Source: Candidatus Microgenomates bacterium (GTDB lineage: Bacteria > Patescibacteriota > Microgenomatia > Daviesbacterales > UBA10151). From it: 64,000 nucleotides of DNA. Positions within the stretch are counted from its first letter, which is position 1, and each line of letters starts with the position of its first letter. The translations under genes were made by a program, and so were the position numbers. The stretch spans positions 64,502 to 128,501 of the forward strand of contig JACOYE010000008.1 of assembly GCA_016182045.1 (NCBI GenBank), read 5' to 3'. Positions 28,694 through 37,402 of this stretch are shown piece by piece. The notes below the pieces were generated by a model. The model had not been told where the DNA came from. It did not search any database and saw only the letters and a list, made by a program, of their open reading frames with translations.

Positions 28694-30733
28694 ATGCTTG
28701 ATAAGACTATTACATATTCCTTTTATCTCTTATTTTTCCTAACTCCTCTTTTTTGGACTTCCTTAAATTACGAACTGTTTGAGTATAATAAGATGTTTCT
28801 TACTTATGGATTAACTGTAATCATTGTCGGGGCATGGATTCTAAAAACGATAAACGATAAACGATTAACTTTTAAGCGCACTCCCTTGGATATTCCTCTT
28901 CTACTTTTTTTGGGAGCTAACATTTTTTCCACCATTCTTTCTATTGATACTCACATATCAATTTGGGGCTATTACTCAAGACAAAACGGCGGTCTTTTAT
29001 CTTTGATTGCTTATCTTCTACTCTACTGGGCATTTGTTTCAAATATGGATCTTAAAAAATCTTTGAATCTTTTAAAAGCAGCTTTCTTATCTGGTTTTAT
29101 TATTTCTCTATATGGCATTTTGGAACACTTCGGGGTGTCTCCTTCTTGTGTAATTCTAAGAGGTGAGTTTAATGCCTCATGTTGGGTGCAAGATGTCCAG
29201 GCCAGAGTGTTTGCTACCTTGGGCCAACCAAACTGGATGGCTGCCTATTTGGCCATGCTTATTTTTCCTGCCCTTTATTTCCTCCTCACATCCAAAAGCC
29301 GCATACTACATACTACATACTACATACTACTGATTATTATGTACCTGGCTTTTACCTTCACCTATTCCAGAGGACCAACATTAGGATTAATTGGTGGATT
29401 AGTGGTTTTTATTGGCCTTTATTTTATTCAGAATACTCGGAAAACTCAGAAAGACAGCGAATCAGTGTATCAGAGAATCCGATTATCTGAATTTCTGATT
29501 TCTCAGATATTCCGAGTCCTTCTGAGTTTTCTGGCAATTAACCTCCTTTTTGGGTCTGCCTTAACCAACTTCAGGTTAGTTTCCAAATTTGCCGCACCTG
29601 CCAGACCCGCTATCGCCCTTCCCGCCACAAACACTACTCAGCTTGAAACAGGAGGAACAGAATCCGGCCAGATCCGTTTTATAGTCTGGCAAGGAGCTCT
29701 AGAGATTTTCAAACACTACCCATTATTTGGTTCAGGAGTAGAAACCTTTGCCTATTCTTATTACCAATTCAGACCTGCCGAACACAATCTTACCTCAGAA
29801 TGGGACTTTCTCTATAACAAAGCGCATAACGAATACCTTAATTATTTGGCAACAACCGGAATCTTAGGTCTTAGCGCTTATAGTATAATCATTATAACTT
29901 TTATAATCTTTATACTAAAAAAGTTCAAAAAAGGGAATCTGCTGATTTTAAGCCTCCTTGCTAGCTACATTAGCTATCTAATCTACAACTTCTTCCTCTT
30001 TTCAGTAGTCACGATCGCCATCTTTTTCTATCTTTTCCCAGCCATTGCTTTCGTGGCCATAGACTCCACAAAGCCACTGAAATTTTCTCGACTTCTCACT
30101 TCTCACTTCTCACTTCTCACTTCCTACCTCTATCGTCGTACCTTCTATACCAAAATCGCCAAAGCTTTAGTCATTCTTTCTACCATCTACCTTCTATTTT
30201 CCATCTTCCAGCTCTGGTATGCCGATACCCGTTTTGCCAAGGGACAGAGAGCCTCGGAATTAGGCAATCCAGGACGAGCTTATAATTTACTGACCGAGGC
30301 TTTACAATTAAATGGTAATGAACCATTTTACAGAAGCGAACTTTCCTTTGCTGCAGCAGCTTCGGCTATAGCTCTTGAGGATTCCGAGGCCACCCTATCC
30401 GCAGCCCTAAAAGATGAGGCAATCAGAGAAATAGAGCTGGTCCTTAAAAATAGTCCCCAAAATGTCTCTTTTTGGCGGACAGCCATCAGAACCTATTTTG
30501 AGTTATCAGGCTTGGATAAAAATTACACTGATAAAACTCTTCAGGCTTTAGATCAGACAATCAAGCTGGCCCCAACTGATCCAAAACTATACTACAACAA
30601 GGCTTTAATACTCCAAACAATCAACAAAACTCAAGAAGCCATTAAGTCTTTGGAGAAAGCAATTGAGCTAAAACCGAACTATCAGGAAGCCATCCAGCAG
30701 CTTGAGGAAGCAACTTCATCAGCAAAACCATGA
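28694..30733 (+). CDS. O-antigen ligase/polymerase (Wzy)-like polytopic membrane protein with C-terminal TPR repeats
   Basis: 679 aa; ~12 TM helices with a large periplasmic loop, C-terminal TPR-like helices; contains three internal repeat/IR segments. Confidence 0.65.
   Translation: MLDKTITYSFYLLFFLTPLFWTSLNYELFEYNKMFLTYGLTVIIVGAWILKTINDKRLTFKRTPLDIPLLLFLGANIFSTILSIDTHISIWGYYSRQNGGLLSLIAYLLLYWAFVSNMDLKKSLNLLKAAFLSGFIISLYGILEHFGVSPSCVILRGEFNASCWVQDVQARVFATLGQPNWMAAYLAMLIFPALYFLLTSKSRILHTTYYILLIIMYLAFTFTYSRGPTLGLIGGLVVFIGLYFIQNTRKTQKDSESVYQRIRLSEFLISQIFRVLLSFLAINLLFGSALTNFRLVSKFAAPARPAIALPATNTTQLETGGTESGQIRFIVWQGALEIFKHYPLFGSGVETFAYSYYQFRPAEHNLTSEWDFLYNKAHNEYLNYLATTGILGLSAYSIIIITFIIFILKKFKKGNLLILSLLASYISYLIYNFFLFSVVTIAIFFYLFPAIAFVAIDSTKPLKFSRLLTSHFSLLTSYLYRRTFYTKIAKALVILSTIYLLFSIFQLWYADTRFAKGQRASELGNPGRAYNLLTEALQLNGNEPFYRSELSFAAAASAIALEDSEATLSAALKDEAIREIELVLKNSPQNVSFWRTAIRTYFELSGLDKNYTDKTLQALDQTIKLAPTDPKLYYNKALILQTINKTQEAIKSLEKAIELKPNYQEAIQQLEEATSSAKP
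29303..29330. repeat. (ATACTAC)x4 perfect heptanucleotide tandem repeat inside the Wzy-like CDS
   Basis: read directly; unit length is not a multiple of 3. Confidence 0.85.
29437..29534. repeat. ~100-bp imperfect inverted-repeat (MITE-like) element inside the Wzy-like CDS
   Basis: termini CGGAAAACTCAGAAAG / CCTTCTGAGTTTTCTGG (14/16 complementary), internal TCAGA/TCTGA palindromes; encodes the hydrophilic stretch …NTRKTQKDSESVYQRIRLSEF…. Confidence 0.4.
30084..30127. repeat. (TTCTCAC)n heptanucleotide tandem repeat (4 perfect + degenerate units) inside the Wzy-like CDS
   Basis: read directly; the same repeat occurs inside fmt at 31863-31897. Confidence 0.85.
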
Positions 30734-30993
30734 AAAAGCTTGGTAGAATCATTGCCGAATCCAGATTTAAGAATAGGCCTAAAAATATCGCCTATGAATT
30801 CCAGCAATATGGAGTATACCTTGCAGAATCATTAAATGATACCAAACATTATTCTTTATACATCAAACTGGCCAAAGAAGTGGATAGAAAAATTTTGGAA
30901 GAAGCGCTAAATTTTACAAAGGAGTATTATGGTGCCAAATCCAAAGCTAAAGTATTTATGTGGAGATTGACGCAATTAAGGAAAACTGGCTAA
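30730..30993 (+). CDS. hypothetical protein
   Basis: 87 aa ORF overlapping the Wzy-like stop and the def 5' region; no recognisable family. Confidence 0.3.
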   Translation: MKKLGRIIAESRFKNRPKNIAYEFQQYGVYLAESLNDTKHYSLYIKLAKEVDRKILEEALNFTKEYYGAKSKAKVFMWRLTQLRKTG

Positions 30994-31013
30994 ATTTCTG
31001 TTACAATTCCCTC

Positions 31014-31580
31014 ATGCTTCAAGTAATTAAAGCGCCTGATTCAAGGCTGCGGGTCAAGACAACGGCTGTCAAAAAGATTACTCCTGCTTTAATTAATACC
31101 CTGAAAGAGATGATTAAACTGACCAAAACTTTTAAAGAGCCAGAAGGGGTAGGTTTGGCCTCCACTCAGATAGGTTTGGATGAGAGCTTTTTTGTGGCTC
31201 GCCTCGATGAGTCGGCCCGCCTAGACGCGAGGCTGGCGAAGCGGGCCAAAGATGGTCAAAGATTTATGATGGTGATTAATCCCAAAGTTATATCTATGGG
31301 CAAGCGCAGCAAAAAATACTTTGAAGGTTGTCTGTCCACCCCCAATATTTGGGGTGAGGTCAAAAGAGCTACCCAACTTAAGGTTTCTTATCAGGATGAA
31401 AATGGAAAGATGATCACTAAATCCTTAAAAGGTGTACCTGCCTGGATATTTCAACATGAGATTGACCATCTAAATGGCATTCTTTTCCAGGATAGAGTTT
31501 TGGAGCAAAAGGGTAAGTTTTATAAGTTTACTGGTAAAGATAAAACCGGCACAGATATGTTTGAGGAGGTGACAATTTGA
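31014..31580 (+). CDS. def: peptide deformylase
   Basis: GVGLASTQIG, EGCLS, HEIDHLNG motifs; start placed at MLQVIKAPD (ORF track extends to 30960); carries a GC-rich in-frame insert. Confidence 0.85.
   Translation: MLQVIKAPDSRLRVKTTAVKKITPALINTLKEMIKLTKTFKEPEGVGLASTQIGLDESFFVARLDESARLDARLAKRAKDGQRFMMVINPKVISMGKRSKKYFEGCLSTPNIWGEVKRATQLKVSYQDENGKMITKSLKGVPAWIFQHEIDHLNGILFQDRVLEQKGKFYKFTGKDKTGTDMFEEVTI
31196..31250. repeat. GC-rich palindromic in-frame insert in def (GGCCCGC…GCGGGCC; coding …ARLDESARLDARLAKRA…)
   Basis: read directly; local GC far above the AT-rich surroundings; lies between the conserved Def blocks. Confidence 0.45.
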
Positions 31581-32521
31581 GTATAATTTCCAAACTCAAT
31601 ATGAAAACATTACAACAACCACAAGTTTGGCCCAAGCTTTATGAAACTATTCTGATTAAGGAGGAGATTAAAAAATATTTACATAAGATGCCAAGACACA
31701 ACATAGAAATTGTTTTTTGGGGCTCTGATCCATGGTCTGTCTATGTTCTGAAAGCCTTAGAGGATAATTTTGATGTCAAGGCTATAGTTACTGCTTCGGA
31801 TTCATCTGTAGCAAATTATTTTAAAGGTCCAATCCTAACTCCTGAAAAGCTAGACCATGACTTTCTCACTTCTCACTTCTCATTTCTCACTTCTGATCTA
31901 TTTATAGTTGCCTCCTATGGCAAAATAATTCCACAATCCATCTTAAACATTCCAAAATTCGCAAGTTTAAATGTCCATCCATCACTACTCCCCAAATACA
32001 GAGGTTCATCTCCGGTACCGGCCACCATTCTTATGGGAGACAAAATTACAGGAGTAACCATTATTAAGATGGATGCTAAAGTGGATCATGGGCCGATTGT
32101 TTCTACAAAAGAAATTAGCTTAACAGGACAGGAAAATTCCCTATTTTTGATCAATAAATTATTTCAACTCGGAGCAGATCTGTTAGTAAAAATAATACCG
32201 GATTATATGACAGGCAAAATAAAATTAATGCCCCAAAATCACCTAAAAGCCACATATTGTGAAAGGCTAACCAGAAACAGTGGTTATTTTAAAATTGATA
32301 ATCCTCCATCACCTGAGAAACTGGATAGAATGATCCGGGCATATTATCCCTGGCCGGGAGTTTGGACCCGCTTTCGCCCTTCGGGCTCCAGCGGGCAAGC
32401 CAAAATAGTAAAATTCCTACCAGGTGGGCTACTTCAAATGGAGGGTAAAAAAGCTATATCTTACCAAGACTTCCTCAACGGCTACCCAGATTTTCCGATC
32501 AAAGAGCTTCTCAAAGTATGA
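31577..32521 (+). CDS. fmt: methionyl-tRNA formyltransferase
   Basis: formyltransferase N-domain (NVHPSLLPKYRG) and C-domain; a later start at MPRHNIEIVFWG (31688) is possible; 4-bp overlap with def. Confidence 0.85.
   Translation: MSIISKLNMKTLQQPQVWPKLYETILIKEEIKKYLHKMPRHNIEIVFWGSDPWSVYVLKALEDNFDVKAIVTASDSSVANYFKGPILTPEKLDHDFLTSHFSFLTSDLFIVASYGKIIPQSILNIPKFASLNVHPSLLPKYRGSSPVPATILMGDKITGVTIIKMDAKVDHGPIVSTKEISLTGQENSLFLINKLFQLGADLLVKIIPDYMTGKIKLMPQNHLKATYCERLTRNSGYFKIDNPPSPEKLDRMIRAYYPWPGVWTRFRPSGSSGQAKIVKFLPGGLLQMEGKKAISYQDFLNGYPDFPIKELLKV
31863..31897. repeat. (TTCTCAC)n heptanucleotide tandem repeat inside fmt
   Basis: read directly; encodes …LTSHFSFLTS…, as the Wzy-like copy encodes …LTSHFSLLTS…. 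Confidence 0.85.
32351..32400. repeat. GC-rich palindromic in-frame insert in fmt (CCCGCTTTCGCCCTTCGGGCTCCAGCGGG; coding …RFRPSGSSGQA…)
   Basis: read directly; TTCGCCCTTCGGGC core resembles the 10431-10512 element. Confidence 0.45.
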
Positions 32522-32994
32522 AATTCTTCCAGATAAGCTTCGACGTCTGAAATCACAGAGCTTTGTCTTGCTGCATCCATATCAAAACCTGATCTTAGGA
32601 ATCCTGCCCTGCAAATACGTTTAGCTGCATCATATAGTGGAGAAAAAATTGCATTTGCTAAAGGCAAAGAATTAATTCCACTCCTCCTCACATAATCTAC
32701 ATATCTATGATTGTAGGTGGGGTCCAAATAAAACTCTAAAGCTTCATAATCTCTCCGTGCTGCTCCAATATGATTTGCGGCAGTCATTTCTAAGAAAACT
32801 CCAAGCACATCTCGTGTGGTACCCCTGATAAGATGTTTATTCGACAAGCTTTCTATAATATCTCTATTAATGGATCTGGCAACCCGTCTGGCTTGATATC
32901 CTACCATCAAAGATCGTATTCTTTCATTTGATTTAATCAAAAATACTTCAATAGACTCAGGTATTATCATTTTAGTAAAGAAATCAAACAGCAA
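32482..32994 (-). CDS. hypothetical protein
   Basis: 170 aa, Arg-rich helical, no confident family assignment. Confidence 0.4.
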   Translation of the reverse strand: MLFDFFTKMIIPESIEVFLIKSNERIRSLMVGYQARRVARSINRDIIESLSNKHLIRGTTRDVLGVFLEMTAANHIGAARRDYEALEFYLDPTYNHRYVDYVRRSGINSLPLANAIFSPLYDAAKRICRAGFLRSGFDMDAARQSSVISDVEAYLEEFHTLRSSLIGKSG

Positions 32995-33217
32995 TACTTG
33001 TTGGAATCACGTTAGGAGTTATTAAGGGTTTCTTTACTATCCTTAAACATTTAGTACAGTATTTTTTACCCAAAAAGGTGTGCAAATTTACTTTTTGGAC
33101 TCTTTTGTGAATTGGGGCACGCAAAGCCCAAACTCCCCCCGCTCCTGAGGAACCTTTCTTATGTCTGGAGAAAGCCACTATTTTTTTACCTTTTCCGCAT
33201 CTTGAACAGATTAACAT
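32984..33217 (-). CDS. rpmB: 50S ribosomal protein L28
   Basis: 77 aa; C..C…NLH…C.KC Zn-ribbon L28 pattern; carries a GC-rich in-frame insert encoding GSSGAGGVWALRAP (33114-33151). Confidence 0.55.
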   Translation of the reverse strand: MLICSRCGKGKKIVAFSRHKKGSSGAGGVWALRAPIHKRVQKVNLHTFLGKKYCTKCLRIVKKPLITPNVIPTSIAV

Positions 33218-33235
33218 ATGTGATAATATAACATA

Positions 33236-33874
33236 ATGAACCCGGAATTTCTAGCCATATCTATTGTAATCCTGCTTTTTTCAGTTATTGTCCATGAGGT
33301 GATGCATGGACTGATGGCCAAAAGATTTGGAGATCATACGGCAGAACAGGCTGGTAGACTGACCTTAAATCCTATTCCCCATATTGATCCAGTGGGAACC
33401 ATTCTACTACCGGCACTGCTAATCTTATCTGGCTCCCCCATTCTTTTTGGCTGGGCCAAACCAGTTCCTGTCAACCCTTTAAATTTTTCCAACCTCAGAC
33501 GAGGAGAGCTTTTTGTTTCTGCAGCCGGAATTTTGGCCAATTTTGGCCTGGCCATCTTTGCTGCCGCAATCTTCCATATCCTAAATGCCTTACCTCAAAC
33601 TTTTCCATTTTTGTTAGGGGCTCTTCTTCGTTTTGCAGTGACAATTAATTTAGTTTTGGGAGTATTTAATCTATTCCCCATTCCTCCTTTGGATGGATCA
33701 AAAGTACTGCTTTCCCAGCTTCCTTATAATCTGGCAAAACAATATCAAAAAATAGAGCCTTACGGAATTTTGATTTTGTTAGTTCTACTGATGGTCCCCT
33801 TTGGCAGCTCATCATTATTACAAACAATTTTGCGATTTTTTGTGGGAATTTTAAGTAAGCTTTTGGGATTTTAA
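33236..33874 (+). CDS. site-2 protease-family (M50) zinc metallopeptidase
   Basis: 212 aa; HEVMHG in TM1 and NLFPIPPLDG motif. Confidence 0.75.
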   Translation: MNPEFLAISIVILLFSVIVHEVMHGLMAKRFGDHTAEQAGRLTLNPIPHIDPVGTILLPALLILSGSPILFGWAKPVPVNPLNFSNLRRGELFVSAAGILANFGLAIFAAAIFHILNALPQTFPFLLGALLRFAVTINLVLGVFNLFPIPPLDGSKVLLSQLPYNLAKQYQKIEPYGILILLVLLMVPFGSSSLLQTILRFFVGILSKLLGF

Positions 33875-34242
33875 GATTCTAAAGAGGATTTAAGCTCAAC
33901 TTTGCCAAAAAATTTCAGTTTCAGAAGTTTTTGATCGTTTGTCAGAAAAATATCGCATTCTGCTTCAGTTGCAGAATGGAGCTGAATATTATCTTCAAAA
34001 TCAGATGTGGGTCCACCTAAAGCCTTAACGGTCAATTCAGTATCAAAAGAAACCAATTTAAAAAATCTATCTATATCAGCCAGACGTTCATCCGGGATTT
34101 TGTACTTATAGAGATAGGTAAGAATATGCACTGATAAGGGTGAGAGGTACAAATCATGAATGCGCAGCTTCTTACTATCAATGGATTTACGTTTCTCCAC
34201 CAAGTCTATGAAGATATTAGCATCAAGAAAGATCTTTGCCAT
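33871..34242 (-). CDS. vapC: PIN-domain toxin VapC
   Basis: 123 aa; FLDANIFID…LTND acidic residues. Confidence 0.8.
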   Translation of the reverse strand: MAKIFLDANIFIDLVEKRKSIDSKKLRIHDLYLSPLSVHILTYLYKYKIPDERLADIDRFFKLVSFDTELTVKALGGPTSDFEDNIQLHSATEAECDIFLTNDQKLLKLKFFGKVELKSSLES

Positions 34243-34486
34243 ATTTTTCCATCATGTGCTTTCTGTAGACTCTTTCACGATCCTTTCTAGATATTATTTT
34301 TTTAGGCTTGATATTGTCTAAGAACTTCTCAAATGCGTCTGGATCAAATGGTTTTGGTTCATATGTAGGTAGAATTTCTCCAATCACCTTAGAGCGATGG
34401 ATCAAACGCAGGGTACCCCCTTCTTTAAGGGTATGAACAACCTTACTTGATTTTGTTCTAAGTTCAGTGGTAGTGATATATTGCAT
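34223..34486 (-). CDS. type II antitoxin (Phd/YefM-like), partner of VapC
   Basis: 87 aa; overlaps vapC start by 20 nt; N-terminal ITTTELRTKSSKV pattern. Confidence 0.65.
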   Translation of the reverse strand: MQYITTTELRTKSSKVVHTLKEGGTLRLIHRSKVIGEILPTYEPKPFDPDAFEKFLDNIKPKKIISRKDRERVYRKHMMEKYGKDLS

Positions 34487-34601
34487 ACCTTTTAAATGTA
34501 CACTTGAATATACATTTTGTCAATACTTGTTTGTAGGGACCACATTGTAGGAACCACAAAGTTAACACATTACTAAGGAAGTTAAGTAAGTTTTTAGGCT
34601 T

Positions 34602-36119
34602 TTAAATTGGATAGGCTTCAATTTCTGGATGGCTTAGAACATACTCAATCATCGCTCCGATAACCCAACTGTTAATACGAACATCAGATATTCGTTTATC
34701 TCTATGAGTACGAATCAGCCATTCGTGAATCTGCTTTGGAGTAGTAAAACCAAGGCCAGCTGCTTCCTTAATCCTATTCCTTATTAAAAGAACCTCAGAC
34801 TTAAACTTTACTTCCACTGTTTGTCTGGCTATTTGTCTTTCAAATAGTAAATTAACTTGACTCTTAATACCTTCCTGTTCAAGTAGTTGCTCTAGTTTAT
34901 ATCCAAGTTTCTCTCCCAATTTAACTACTCCCTTTACACCTATGCCACGTATGTCAGCTAAATCTTTTATTGAAAAATTTAATAGCTCAACCAGTGTTGT
35001 TTCTTCTGGAAGCAAACCCTTAATAAGAAAGGGTATCTTTTGATTCAGCTCTCTTTGTATAGAATTGTAAACACGAGTAGAAAGTCCAAGCTCAGATAGC
35101 CGTATGCTCCCTAACAATTCCATATGTTCAGGACTCAGTATAATTTCTGATATCAGATTGTTAAGCTTTGGCCGAGATTCCCACTCATCAAGCAACCTCT
35201 GTCTTTCCAACCCTTTTTGCTGCTCCTCTTTTTTCCTTCTCCTTTCTTCCTCCTCTTGTTGCCTGTAATATTTATCGGCCATCTTTTTAAGTTCATTACC
35301 CAATTCACCACGGGCTTTTTGGGATAGAGTAACATCTTGAAGGTTAACCTTAACCAAATCATCTAAAGAGTGTATGGATATGTTTGCTACTTCCTCTTTT
35401 GTTGTGTCGGAAAGATCAAGATTTCTAACAGACAAATAAGGAAATTTGGGGAGATCTTTCATAAAGACTGCTCCAAGAAACTCCCGTCCCAAATTTTCCT
35501 CAGGTAAACTAAGGTAACCAGTTAAATCTTCCCAATGGGAACGGGATCGAAGATGCCACAAGGCTTTGGCTTCAATTACACGAATCCCTTCTCTTCCAAT
35601 CTTGCGCCCCATATGCTCAGGACTACCAATTTCTTTAAGTGTTCTTCTGATGCCATCATCAAGCCCAAGACGAAGTCTTAATACTCTTTGTTCTCTTTCA
35701 GGTAATGTGGCGACCTTCTCCCCAACCGCACCGACAATTTCACCCTCACTCTCTGGAGGAACTGGATACTGTTGTTCGCCGAAAGCAGCTTCCAAAACTC
35801 GTGCATGCGGAGTCAGCCTCTGTCCTTCAAGATACTCCTTAAGTCTTTCTCTAACCCGAAACTTATTGGCAAATGAGGAAAGTTGATCATCAGGAAGAGA
35901 CAGAATCTCATAAACTATAGTTATATTTCTACCTTGTAATTCGGATAGTAAAGCTTTATTTGCTGGCCATAAGGTTTCTAGGAGCTTACTAAATGTTGTT
36001 TTTGGCCTCAAACGTCCTCCCAAACCAGAAATCTCAGAGATAAGAGTAAAGCCGATACTATCCTTTGGAACCATCTCTATAATGGGTATCCACTGCAGTT
36101 TTTGTTCTACTAAATTCAT
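34602..36119 (-). CDS. hypothetical multi-domain protein: sigma-70 region-4-like HTH + Glu/Arg/Lys coiled coil + repeated helix-hairpin-helix (RNAP alpha-CTD-like) modules
   Basis: 505 aa; …TLPEREQRVLRLRLGLDDGIRRTLKEIGSPEHMGRKIGREGIRVIEAKAL… resembles sigma region 4; HhH-like …LSTRVYNSIQ…, …IKDLADIRGIG…. Confidence 0.45.
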   Translation of the reverse strand: MNLVEQKLQWIPIIEMVPKDSIGFTLISEISGLGGRLRPKTTFSKLLETLWPANKALLSELQGRNITIVYEILSLPDDQLSSFANKFRVRERLKEYLEGQRLTPHARVLEAAFGEQQYPVPPESEGEIVGAVGEKVATLPEREQRVLRLRLGLDDGIRRTLKEIGSPEHMGRKIGREGIRVIEAKALWHLRSRSHWEDLTGYLSLPEENLGREFLGAVFMKDLPKFPYLSVRNLDLSDTTKEEVANISIHSLDDLVKVNLQDVTLSQKARGELGNELKKMADKYYRQQEEEERRRKKEEQQKGLERQRLLDEWESRPKLNNLISEIILSPEHMELLGSIRLSELGLSTRVYNSIQRELNQKIPFLIKGLLPEETTLVELLNFSIKDLADIRGIGVKGVVKLGEKLGYKLEQLLEQEGIKSQVNLLFERQIARQTVEVKFKSEVLLIRNRIKEAAGLGFTTPKQIHEWLIRTHRDKRISDVRINSWVIGAMIEYVLSHPEIEAYPI

Positions 36120-36164
36120 ACTTACCCTATAGTTTACTGAACTTTGTTCCTGAAGTCAAGGACA

Positions 36165-37346
36165 TTAAGGTTTTAGAAAATGTTTTTGGCGGACTACAAA
36201 AATTAAGGTCACAAAAAGAATTAAAGCAGAGAAAGTAAACGGAGAATGATATCCAAAGGTGGAAAAAATCCATCCACCCAAAAGGGGGCCTAAAATCCTG
36301 CCCATGCTCTCAAAAGCAGATGAGACCCCCATGGTAGTTCCCTGCCCTTCTTTAGTTTCCTTGGAAATTAAAGAGCCAATGGTTGGTCTTGATAATCCAG
36401 AACCTAAAGCAAAACCAACCATCAAAAAGCCCATGGCAAGTGCTATTTTAGAAAAAGGCATCAAAAGCAGTGTCACAGCCATAATGGCAATTCCCAAAAT
36501 CACTGTCTTATGCTCACCTATGATACCAGCCACCCTATAAACAAGCATGCTTTGCACAAAAGCTGACATCAAACCCATGCCGCTAAAAAATATGCTAATG
36601 GTGGTGGTGTTTATCCCTAAAAATTCATATCCAAAAAGGGGCACTGCCACCTCATTATTAGACAAAGCAAAGGACCAAAGAAAGATTAAAATAAAAAGAG
36701 AGCTTAATTCTCCTTTTAGACCCTGATACATCTTATTGAAATTTAAAAAGCCCTCTTTGATGATCAACTTTTCCCTCTTTTCAGTCAGCGATTCAGGCAA
36801 TAAAAACTGAACAGACATGAAATTGACGGCAGCCATCAAGCTTGCGGCAAAGAATGGGAAAGAAATAGTGATATTTGATAAGAATCCTCCAATTGCCGGA
36901 CCAAAAATAAATCCCAGGGCCAAAGATGCCCCTAAATTACCCATGCCCTTAATTCTTTCTTCTTTAGTGGTTACATCCGCCACATAAGCTTGAGCAACAG
37001 ACAGTGATGCCCCGGAAAAGACCCCTTGTAAAAATCTGGAGACAAAAAGCCACAAAAGATTTTGGGCAAAACCAAAGACCAAAAATGTTACACTCAAACC
37101 TGCCAGAGAAGTCAAAATGACCGGTTTTCTGCCAAATCTATCGGAAAGCCTGCCCCAAATGGGAGAAAATAAAAATTGACCAATGGCAAAAGAGGCTGCC
37201 AAAAAGCCGATGGTGCTTTCCGAGGCATTAAAGTGCTTGGCATAAAAAGGTAAAAGCGGAAAAACCATGCCAAACCCCACAATATTTATAAAAATAGTTA
37301 AATAAATAAAAAATAATGGAGGTCTATCCTTGAAATATCTGAGCAT
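36165..37346 (-). CDS. MFS transporter
   Basis: 393 aa; 12 TM helices, GRLSDRFGRK loop motif. Confidence 0.8.
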   Translation of the reverse strand: MLRYFKDRPPLFFIYLTIFINIVGFGMVFPLLPFYAKHFNASESTIGFLAASFAIGQFLFSPIWGRLSDRFGRKPVILTSLAGLSVTFLVFGFAQNLLWLFVSRFLQGVFSGASLSVAQAYVADVTTKEERIKGMGNLGASLALGFIFGPAIGGFLSNITISFPFFAASLMAAVNFMSVQFLLPESLTEKREKLIIKEGFLNFNKMYQGLKGELSSLFILIFLWSFALSNNEVAVPLFGYEFLGINTTTISIFFSGMGLMSAFVQSMLVYRVAGIIGEHKTVILGIAIMAVTLLLMPFSKIALAMGFLMVGFALGSGLSRPTIGSLISKETKEGQGTTMGVSSAFESMGRILGPLLGGWIFSTFGYHSPFTFSALILFVTLIFVVRQKHFLKP

Positions 37347-37402
37347 AATTTTGAAATTTAGTTTGGTTTGGTATAAACTATTATATTACCAACTTAATTA
37401 CT

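Noticed and set aside
35566-35886. 106-aa plus-strand ORF and the 35153-35362 minus-strand ORF inside 34602-36119
   Set aside because: They overlap the 505-aa gene in other frames or on the other strand. The Ser/Pro/Leu-rich composition comes from the moderately GC-rich host sequence.
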